A DNA stretch of 15,715 nucleotides from a virus, in IMG/VR virus record IMGVR_UViG_3300045988_034723, positions 1-15,715 of that record, one strand, 5' to 3'. Positions 1-5,783 of the stretch are shown in pieces. The notes under the pieces are model-generated. The model searched no databases, had not been told where the DNA came from, and saw nothing but the letters and a program-made list of their open reading frames with translations. The number at the start of each line of letters is the position of its first letter. Positions within the stretch are counted from its first letter, which is position 1. The position numbers and the translations under genes are program-made.

Positions 1-24
1 TTGCCCCTTTAATTTTTTTTCGCC
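1..24. repeat. Left inverted terminal repeat (perfect 24-bp core; degenerate similarity continues to about nt 110)
   Basis: nt 1-24 TTGCCCCTTTAATTTTTTTTCGCC is the exact reverse complement of nt 15692-15715. Further inward, shared blocks are a C-run, TTAACCTTAAC, and CGTC + A-run + TTATCG(C/A)GATAACAT. ITRs are expected for terminal-protein-primed linear genomes. Confidence 0.95.
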
Positions 25-48
25 ATCGTCAGTTCCCCCATCGCTCTC

Positions 49-108
49 TTAACCTTAACCGCACCACCGTCAAAAAATTATCGCGATAACATAAGTGTTA
101 ACCTTAAC
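49..108. repeat. Subterminal motif cluster: two direct copies of TTAACCTTAAC (49-59, 98-108) flanking the perfect 12-bp palindrome TTATCGCGATAA (78-89)
   Basis: Read directly from the sequence. One TTAACCTTAAC copy and the palindrome (with one central mismatch) recur at the right end at a similar distance from the terminus. Confidence 0.85.
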
Positions 109-136
109 ATCACCCAACACCCTATAAAATAACCTA

Positions 137-166
137 TTGACAAAAAAGAGAGTCCTATGTTATAAT
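137..166 (+). promoter_or_regulatory. Early promoter P1 (sigmaA/sigma70-type, extended -10)
   Basis: TTGACA (137-142), 18-bp spacer, TG (158-159), n, TATAAT (161-166). Confidence 0.7.
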
Positions 167-206
167 GGAATTGATACCCTCATTTCAAGTTTTATGTAAA
201 CCAATA

Positions 207-229
207 TTGTTAACAAATTGTTCACAATT
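207..229. promoter_or_regulatory. Operator-like palindromes just upstream of P2: TTGTTAACAA (207-216) and AATTGTTCACAATT (216-229)
   Basis: A perfect 10-bp palindrome and a 6+6 palindrome (AATTGT-TC-ACAATT) share the ATTGTT/AACAAT half-site. They end 7 bp upstream of the P2 -35 box. Confidence 0.35.
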
Positions 230-235
230 AATCTA

Positions 236-263
236 TTGACATATTCAGTATTAAGAGTATAAT
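236..263 (+). promoter_or_regulatory. Early promoter P2 (sigmaA-type)
   Basis: TTGACA (236-241), 16-bp spacer, TATAAT (258-263). The upstream context CTATTGACA matches that of P1. Confidence 0.65.
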
Positions 264-308
264 AGTATATAGATACAAGATAAACAATAACAAATAAGGA
301 TGGCTAAT

Positions 309-506
309 ATGGTTCTAGAAGTATACGAGAAATCGTCAAACAAAATAGTTGATGTGAAAAAAGACAGCCATTTTAAAGATTATGGTGTTGTGGTTAGCCT
401 GGATGGTCATATGATGCTCACTAGTTATGGAGATATAGTTTGTAGTGTTGACGATAGAAAATACGGAGTAAGGCTAGCAAGCCAGGGAGGTGAATCTAAA
501 TGCTAA
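309..506 (+). CDS. Hypothetical early protein (65 aa; 68 aa if started at ATG 300)
   Basis: First ORF after the early promoters. The SD TAAGGA (295-300) overlaps ATG 300 but lies 8 nt upstream of ATG 309. I recognise no motif. Confidence 0.55.
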   Translation: MVLEVYEKSSNKIVDVKKDSHFKDYGVVVSLDGHMMLTSYGDIVCSVDDRKYGVRLASQGGESKC

Positions 507-727
507 AAGTATTATTCGAGCAGATGATAGCTCAATACAGCATTTGGACTATGTACAAGATACCAAAATCTGATTCGCCATTTACCAAGTATAGACTCTC
601 ACCCCTAGGTGAAACCTTCTCAATGATAATTGAACTAAACACGCAACATTGGGTAAACGATTTTAACTTATTACAGGAATTAATCAACAAGGAAATATAC
701 GTAATAATGTCCATCAAATTTTATTAA
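500..727 (+). CDS. Hypothetical early protein (75 aa)
   Basis: SD GGGAGGTG (485-492) lies 7 nt before ATG 500. The start overlaps the upstream stop (ATGCTAA), suggesting translational coupling. No motif recognised. Confidence 0.55.
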   Translation: MLKVLFEQMIAQYSIWTMYKIPKSDSPFTKYRLSPLGETFSMIIELNTQHWVNDFNLLQELINKEIYVIMSIKFY

Positions 728-864
728 CCAGTTGTCAACGCCTACACCCAACCAATAAAAAATTCACAGAAACCTCACTCACCTGTGCAATGTATAAAAT
801 GTCAAGTAGGCGTTAACATAAAGAAGCCATTAACTAAATCAAACAAGAAAAGGAGAGAAACATC

Positions 865-1161
865 ATGGCAAAAGAATCAATGGTAACAAGAACAATCATC
901 AGCACCCAGGTAACTGTATTAGGCGTAGACGAGGTAGCTGGAGAAGCAACAAACGCAACCTATAACCTGCCCGGAGATTACACCGATAAGGCAAAGGCCC
1001 TTAAGATGGTAATCAAAGCCAACACTGTAGAAACCTACCACCCCTCTGTCGTAGTAGACATGAAAAAGGAAGAGCGTGTTTTAGGTATCCCTGTATCCAA
1101 GTTCATGGAACTCGCAGTAGAGGTAGAACGTCCGAAGTCTCAGCAGAAGAAAGAAGCGTAA
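865..1161 (+). CDS. phi29 p6-like histone-like dsDNA-binding / replication-origin-organising protein (98 aa)
   Basis: SD AGGAGAG lies 7 nt upstream. The size, the N-terminal MAK..T.T..V pattern, the C-terminal block IPVSKFMELAVEV (cf. remembered phi29 p6 LPVEKFLEVATV) and a charged tail all fit. The gene occupies the gene-6 position in a 6-5-3-2 gene order. Confidence 0.6.
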   Translation: MAKESMVTRTIISTQVTVLGVDEVAGEATNATYNLPGDYTDKAKALKMVIKANTVETYHPSVVVDMKKEERVLGIPVSKFMELAVEVERPKSQQKKEA

Positions 1162-1199
1162 CCAGTAACCACAACAAACAATGAAAAGGAGATTAAACC

Positions 1200-1553
1200 A
1201 TGACAATCACAACTATGAGTAGCGAGAACTTCACCAAGTCAGAACTTTACAGGATGACCAAAAGCCCATCAATCGTTTCAGTCAAGACTCTTGCAGACGG
1301 CACGACAATGACCCCTATCGGATGGTTGACCTTTGACGATGAGAACAACAAAGGAGAAGTCTCCCATATGCTTTCCATCATAGGCATAGGAGAGGACGAC
1401 CAGGAAACTGTCTGGTCTTGTCAGTCACAGACATTCAAGAATAGTTTCATTGACCTGTGGGAGCTGTTCAAGGGTGATACATTCAAGATTAAGAAGTTAT
1501 CAGGCGAAACTAAAGCAGGACGTGAGTACGTTAACTGTGACCTTGCAGTATAG
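1200..1553 (+). CDS. phi29 p5-like single-stranded DNA-binding protein (117 aa)
   Basis: SD AGGAG is upstream. Size and position (between the p6-like and TP genes) fit. The C-terminal pattern TFKIKKLSGETKAGREYVNCDL resembles remembered phi29 p5 TFKVKVVQGTSSKGNVFFSLQL. Confidence 0.5.
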   Translation: MTITTMSSENFTKSELYRMTKSPSIVSVKTLADGTTMTPIGWLTFDDENNKGEVSHMLSIIGIGEDDQETVWSCQSQTFKNSFIDLWELFKGDTFKIKKLSGETKAGREYVNCDLAV

Positions 1554-1565
1554 AACGGAATAACC

Positions 1566-1603
1566 AGGGAGGGAAACCTCCCTAATATTTTATCATTTTA
1601 TTT
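1566..1603 (+). terminator. Putative partial intrinsic terminator / attenuator between the SSB and TP-polymerase genes
   Basis: Stem AGGGAGG (1566-1572), GAAA tetraloop, CCTCCCT (1577-1583), followed by the T-rich AATATTTTATCATTTTATTT. The T-run is not immediately adjacent to the stem, so it is probably leaky. Confidence 0.4.
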
Positions 1604-1622
1604 AGTTAAGGAGGGAAAAGAA

Positions 1623-1703
1623 ATGATTGATACATCTTCATTCGTATTTGGAATAATTGTAGGGTTTGTGGTATTTGCTCTGTTAAAGTATATTAATGAT
1701 TAA
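1623..1703 (+). CDS. 26-aa single-pass hydrophobic peptide (MIDTSSFVFGIIVGFVVFALLKYIND), below the ORF-track threshold
   Basis: Strong SD AAGGAGGG (1608-1615) lies 7 nt before ATG 1623. The stop TAA at 1701-1703 sits inside the SD of the next gene. The hydrophobic core is about 17 residues. Confidence 0.5.
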   Translation: MIDTSSFVFGIIVGFVVFALLKYIND

Positions 1704-1714
1704 GGAGGTTACTC

Positions 1715-2392
1715 ATGGCAAGGAAACCTAAAATATCTGATGTACAACAGGCATACCGAAAGGAACGTCGTAGGATACAGCGTCAGATACGACGCATGGA
1801 GAACCGAGCCTATGACGTTCCATCGTTACTCCCAGGCATACCTAAACGCATCACGCAAGCTAGCGTAAACCGTTTAAAGAAGATAAGCACAGAATATATA
1901 TATAAGCATTCCAGGTACATTGACACCGATACAGGGGAAATTCTAACAGGTGAACAGGGAAGAAAGCGGGAGCGCAAGGAAGCGACGCGGAGAGCATCCG
2001 CTACACGAAGAGAGCGCAAGAAGGAACTAGTTACCCCTCCTTCGCAGCCAGTAACAGTCACGGCAGATGTTGATTATATAGATTTCACGACTCAGATATT
2101 TACAGTTTTCCAGATTGAAATGACGCATATATATGGACGGAACGAAAAGCTGTTTAACTATATTACACACTGGTTTTATAAAACCAAGTCTATATATGGG
2201 GATAGAGTTTTTGCAGATGTACTGGAACAATCTAAAGCAGAAGGCATGTGGCCTGGATGGGAAGGGGTATCTGACAAAGAGATACTGGTTGGAAAGCTGA
2301 ATGGAATACTTGATTTAATAGGTGGTTCAGCCGAAGAGCGTGAGGAAATCATTGAAAGCCTAGAAGCAGACGAGGAATGGGAAGAAGTCTGA
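1715..2392 (+). CDS. Terminal protein (protein primer for DNA replication), 225 aa
   Basis: Lies immediately upstream of the protein-primed DNA polymerase, as in phi29 (gene 3 then gene 2). It has a phi29-TP-like start MARKPKI (cf. MARSPRI), a very basic N-terminal half and an acidic C-terminus. SD AAGGAGG is upstream. Confidence 0.65.
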   Translation: MARKPKISDVQQAYRKERRRIQRQIRRMENRAYDVPSLLPGIPKRITQASVNRLKKISTEYIYKHSRYIDTDTGEILTGEQGRKRERKEATRRASATRRERKKELVTPPSQPVTVTADVDYIDFTTQIFTVFQIEMTHIYGRNEKLFNYITHWFYKTKSIYGDRVFADVLEQSKAEGMWPGWEGVSDKEILVGKLNGILDLIGGSAEEREEIIESLEADEEWEEV

Positions 2393-2432
2393 CATAATTA
2401 TTTAACGGCACCGATTGGAGGATTATAAGAAT

Positions 2433-4295
2433 GTGCGAACACGCAATTATGAGTACTATGTATGTGACTTTGAAACAACAGTATTTAAAGGCCAAACCTA
2501 TACAGAAGTGTGGGCCGCCGCATTGGTCAAACTCGGGTCAGAAGATGTAGAAATTTATCAATCCATCAGCGATTTTCTGGATGGAGTATTTGACTTAGGA
2601 TGTAATGTAATAGGATACTTCCATAATCTTAAGTTTGATGGTAATTTTATCATAGATTACCTTCTGCGAAACAATTACAAGTGGAACAGGACATCCGAAC
2701 GTAACATGAACAACAATGATTTTAAGTGTGCTATCAGTGATAGAGGTGCATGGTATACCATTACTATTAAGCATAAGAACAACATCATTGAGTTTAGGGA
2801 TTCGCTAAAGCTTTTACCATTTAGTGTAGAACGCATTGGAAAGTCATTCAAGACGAAACACAAGAAGCTTAATATGGAATACGAGGGATTCAGATTTGCC
2901 GGATGCGTGATAACTCCAGAGGAAAGGGAGTATATAGCTAATGACGTATTAGTAGTTAAAGAAGCACTTGAAATTATGTTTGAGAGGGGTCACCAAAAAT
3001 TAACAATTGGTTCCTGCTGTCTGGAGGAGTTTAAGCAGACATACGACAAGCAGGATTATCAGAACTTTTTCCCGGATTTAACGGAGGTGGAAATAGATGA
3101 ACAGACATATGGGGAACGAACTGCCGATGCATACATCCGCCATAGTTACCGTGGAGGATATTGCTACCTTGTTAAAGGAAAAGAGAATCATATGTACAAC
3201 CGAGGATGGACAGCAGATATCAATAGTTCTTATCCTTCAAACATGTCCTCAGAATCAGGAAATTACTACCCCGTTGGCAAACCACAATTCTGGACAGGAG
3301 AAATTCCAGAGGTGGCTAAAGAAAACTATTATTTTGTCAGAATCAGATGCAGATTCCAGGTAAAACCAGGGATGTTGCCAACGGTACAGATTAAAGGAAG
3401 CTTTCTGTACGTAGGTACAGACTACCTAACCACAAGCGATTATTATGATTATAGCACGGGAACATACAAACGTTATTACATGAAAAATGGGAAGTTACAT
3501 GATAGCTATGTAACCATGACCATGACAGGCGTTGACTATGAGTTGTTTCTTAAGCACTACAATGTATTCGACTTAAAAATACTGGACGGGTGCTGGTTCC
3601 GGCAGGAGATTGGGTTATTTGATGAGTACATGTATAAGTATAAGCAGATTAAGGAGAATAGCAAGGATGCTGAAAGGGAATTAGCAAAGCTTTACCTTAA
3701 TAATCTGTACGGCAAGTTCTCATCTAATGACCTATCAAGTTACAAGGTCCCATATATTAACGACAAGAATGTCTTAGGTTTTGAAATAGTAGAAGAGCAT
3801 GAGAAAAAGCCGGGTTTCATAGCAGTCGGAAGTGCAATCACATCATATGCAAGGAGGTTTGTAATCAATGCCGCACAAGCTAATTATCAAGGGCCGGACA
3901 GGGACGGTTTCATATACTGCGATACAGATTCCATTCATTGTAGTGGCAATCCTAATGACGCCAAAGGAATTAAGATTCATCCTACAAATTTCTGCGCGTG
4001 GAAACTCGAGAGTTATTGGGACAAAGCGATTTTTGTTCGGCAGAAAACGTATATTGAGCATGTCACTCACAACGATGGGGAACCAGTAGAACCATATTAC
4101 TCAATCAGGTGTGCTGGTATGGGTGAGAAAGCAAAACAGGAGTTCCTTAAAGAATATGATATACACGAGTTTAAAGAAGGTCTTAAGCTTAATAATATGT
4201 TAAAACCAGTCAGAATGCCTGGAGGAATTGTATTAGTAAATAAGGGTTATCATATGACTCCAAAGCGGTTTAATAAATTCAAGGAGGAAGAATAA
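2433..4295 (+). CDS. Family-B protein-primed DNA polymerase (phi29 p2-like)
   Basis: Motifs seen: ExoI CDFETT, ExoII HNLKFDGNFI, ExoIII YIANDV, YRGG, motif A DINSSYPS, motif B KLYLNNLYGKF, motif C IYCDTDSIH, and KxY as RQKTYIE. There is no in-frame ATG. Candidate starts are TTG 2415 (ORF track, no SD) and GTG 2433 (SD GGAGGA 2417-2422), which places the ExoI Asp at residue 12 as in phi29. Confidence 0.95.
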   Translation: MRTRNYEYYVCDFETTVFKGQTYTEVWAAALVKLGSEDVEIYQSISDFLDGVFDLGCNVIGYFHNLKFDGNFIIDYLLRNNYKWNRTSERNMNNNDFKCAISDRGAWYTITIKHKNNIIEFRDSLKLLPFSVERIGKSFKTKHKKLNMEYEGFRFAGCVITPEEREYIANDVLVVKEALEIMFERGHQKLTIGSCCLEEFKQTYDKQDYQNFFPDLTEVEIDEQTYGERTADAYIRHSYRGGYCYLVKGKENHMYNRGWTADINSSYPSNMSSESGNYYPVGKPQFWTGEIPEVAKENYYFVRIRCRFQVKPGMLPTVQIKGSFLYVGTDYLTTSDYYDYSTGTYKRYYMKNGKLHDSYVTMTMTGVDYELFLKHYNVFDLKILDGCWFRQEIGLFDEYMYKYKQIKENSKDAERELAKLYLNNLYGKFSSNDLSSYKVPYINDKNVLGFEIVEEHEKKPGFIAVGSAITSYARRFVINAAQANYQGPDRDGFIYCDTDSIHCSGNPNDAKGIKIHPTNFCAWKLESYWDKAIFVRQKTYIEHVTHNDGEPVEPYYSIRCAGMGEKAKQEFLKEYDIHEFKEGLKLNNMLKPVRMPGGIVLVNKGYHMTPKRFNKFKEEE

Positions 4296-4471
4296 TGGAA
4301 TATTATAAATGTAGTGTATGTGGTGCTATACACCCCATCAAAAAGTATTATTCGTTTGATGGTTATCAGGGTGAAAAGCCTGAGTATGTTTATTATTGTT
4401 TAAATTGTAACTATAAGATTACAACACCTAATCAGGCAACTATACGTGAAATAGTAGAATTATTGAAATAA
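4295..4471 (+). CDS. 58-aa zinc-ribbon miniprotein (CxxC...CxxC), below the ORF-track threshold
   Basis: ATG 4295 overlaps the polymerase stop (TAATG), and the polymerase 3' end carries AAGGAGGAAG. Translation: MEYYKCSVCGAIHPIKKYYSFDGYQGEKPEYVYYCLNCNYKITTPNQATIREIVELLK. The four Cys form two CxxC knuckles. Confidence 0.55.
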   Translation: MEYYKCSVCGAIHPIKKYYSFDGYQGEKPEYVYYCLNCNYKITTPNQATIREIVELLK

Positions 4472-4493
4472 CAATATTTGCGCAAGTATTGTT
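4470..4493. other. 24-bp near-perfect palindrome AACAATATTTGCGCAAGTATTGTT
   Basis: Arms AACAATA/TATTGTT plus inner TTGC/GCAA. It overlaps the stop of the Zn-ribbon ORF and shares the ATTGTT/AACAAT half-site with the 207-229 palindromes. It could be a hairpin or a protein-binding site. Confidence 0.4.
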
Positions 4494-4530
4494 AAAGGGA
4501 GGATAAGATTATCCTCCCTTTGTATATCTG
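4494..4530. terminator. Intrinsic terminator at the convergence of the early operon (+) and the ATPase unit (-), possibly bidirectional
   Basis: AAAGGGAGGAT (4494-4504) pairs with ATCCTCCCTTT (4511-4521), about 11 bp. It has an A-tract on one side and TTTGTATAT on the other. Confidence 0.6.
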
Positions 4531-4688
4531 AACAGATGGTCTATAAAGTGGGTTTCCAGTACCCTATACCCCATCGGCATGTTTTACCATGTGGATTCCG
4601 ACAGTGGCAAATTATAGATAACACCTGTAGATACTATAATGTAGCGCACTGATGCGCACGTAGGTTCTCGTCCTAAAGGACGTAACAA
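4522..4688 (-). ncRNA. Candidate structured RNA (possible packaging/prohead RNA); strand uncertain
   Basis: No SD-preceded ORF. A closing helix 4532-4546 / 4612-4628 (7+7 bp) encloses two arms (4550-4564 and 4571-4607), forming a three-way junction. Complementary 4-mers TCCA (4555-4558) and TGGA (4592-4595) sit in the two arm loops. Extra hairpins lie at 4644-4657 and 4669-4682. The region is adjacent to the packaging ATPase. Confidence 0.3.
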
Positions 4689-5720
4689 TCAATATGAAAG
4701 TAATTTGATAAGCATCTGTTTACAGTCTAGGTTCTTGAATCTAAAACACCCCTGGTTGAACAGCATACGGAAATGATTGATTAACAGTGCATTCTTTGCT
4801 ATCATAACATAGTTTATGTTGTGGTCGTCTGTAGTCAATGAAAGCTTATATGGGAAGCTACTGTCATAGTTATCAGTAACATACATGATGCCCAAGCCGT
4901 CATACTCATAGACGGCGTAGTGCTTCTTAAGGTACTTTACCGTGTAGCAATACCTTCCACGCCCCTCAGGCTTATCGATGAATGAGAAGTTATCATTAAG
5001 GTACACATTTTGACTTGCGTACATAACATAATCGCTGGATGCGAATGCCCTGTTGAATCCTGAGTCTAGTTGTGCATCGCTAGCAGACTGAATGAAACCT
5101 TGCTCAAGGACAAATCCATCACCTCTCAGGAAATTAGTTTCTTTCTTAAGCCTATCACTGATTCCAAGGCTTGCGTAGTAAGGATTAAGAAGGCTTACAG
5201 TGTTGCCACACATATACACTGGCACGTAACGAATCTGCTTACCGTTACCACGGGCAATACTGGTATGCACTGATAACAGTTTACGGATTTCATCCGTGCA
5301 ATATTTGTTTGTCTCGCTTTGAAACTCATCCATCATCATACGTTCCACGTCATTAAACAGGTGACTGTATTTCTTGATTGCGTCAGCGTTATTAAGCGCA
5401 ATAGCATAACCGCATGGCTCATCATTTAGGAACATTTCATGGAAGATTCCTTTAGCCATAGGACGGCTTGTCATTTCATCATCAGGAAAGAACAAGCCAT
5501 GTATATCCTTAAAGAATTTCTCTGCACAATCTGACAACTCATAGTTGAACCTATAAATCAGGCAGAATTTACCCTTACCCTGTTTGAACTTCTTAACAAG
5601 ATAACGGCTAAACCACGTGGTCTTACCACCTGTTCGGTTGGTAGTCACCATAAACAGTTCTGGTTCACGACCGTTAAGGTCTTTCATGGACAACAACTTT
5701 GTCCCGTCATAGTAAGCCAT
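4689..5720 (-). CDS. DNA encapsidation (packaging) ATPase, phi29 gp16-like, 343 aa
   Basis: Walker A TNRTGGKTT, Walker B MMMDEF, and CGNTVSLLNPYY (cf. remembered phi29 gp16 LSNAVSVVNPYF). SD AGGAG lies 6 nt before the ATG. It is the only convincing minus-strand gene. Confidence 0.9.
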   Translation of the reverse strand: MAYYDGTKLLSMKDLNGREPELFMVTTNRTGGKTTWFSRYLVKKFKQGKGKFCLIYRFNYELSDCAEKFFKDIHGLFFPDDEMTSRPMAKGIFHEMFLNDEPCGYAIALNNADAIKKYSHLFNDVERMMMDEFQSETNKYCTDEIRKLLSVHTSIARGNGKQIRYVPVYMCGNTVSLLNPYYASLGISDRLKKETNFLRGDGFVLEQGFIQSASDAQLDSGFNRAFASSDYVMYASQNVYLNDNFSFIDKPEGRGRYCYTVKYLKKHYAVYEYDGLGIMYVTDNYDSSFPYKLSLTTDDHNINYVMIAKNALLINHFRMLFNQGCFRFKNLDCKQMLIKLLSY

Positions 5721-5754
5721 GCCTAACTCCTTTCAAATTATAGATTCTCTTATT

Positions 5755-5783
5755 ATTGTAGCACATTTTCATTGACAAGTCAA
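5755..5783 (-). promoter_or_regulatory. Promoter of the ATPase gene (sigmaA-type, extended -10)
   Basis: On the minus strand: TTGACT (complement of 5778-5783), 17-bp spacer, TGc, TACAAT (complement of 5755-5760). Confidence 0.7.

Noticed and set aside
1810-2230. Minus-strand ORFs of 83 aa and 67 aa inside the terminal-protein gene
   Set aside because: They are antisense shadow ORFs with no SD or promoter, and they conflict with the operon direction.
3097-4089. Off-frame ORFs within the DNA polymerase gene (88 aa +, 75 aa -, 73 aa +)
   Set aside because: They are embedded in a gene whose frame is confirmed by all polymerase motifs, and they have no SDs.
4611-4640. TATAAT (4635-4640, + strand) and its mirror TATAAT on the minus strand (complement of 4611-4616) as promoters for the candidate RNA
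   Set aside because: The two hexamers are the arms of an inverted repeat (ATTATAG/CTATAAT). Neither has an acceptable -35 (TTATAG at best). One lies inside the proposed closing helix.
4536-4649. 37-aa plus-strand ORF (MVYKVGFQYPIPHRHV...) inside the candidate RNA region. There is also a 23-aa minus-strand ORF starting at the ATG complementary to 4578-4580.
   Set aside because: Neither ORF has an SD. The plus-strand ORF lies downstream of a terminator with no promoter. The region is better explained by nested helices, though coding cannot be formally excluded without ribosome profiling.
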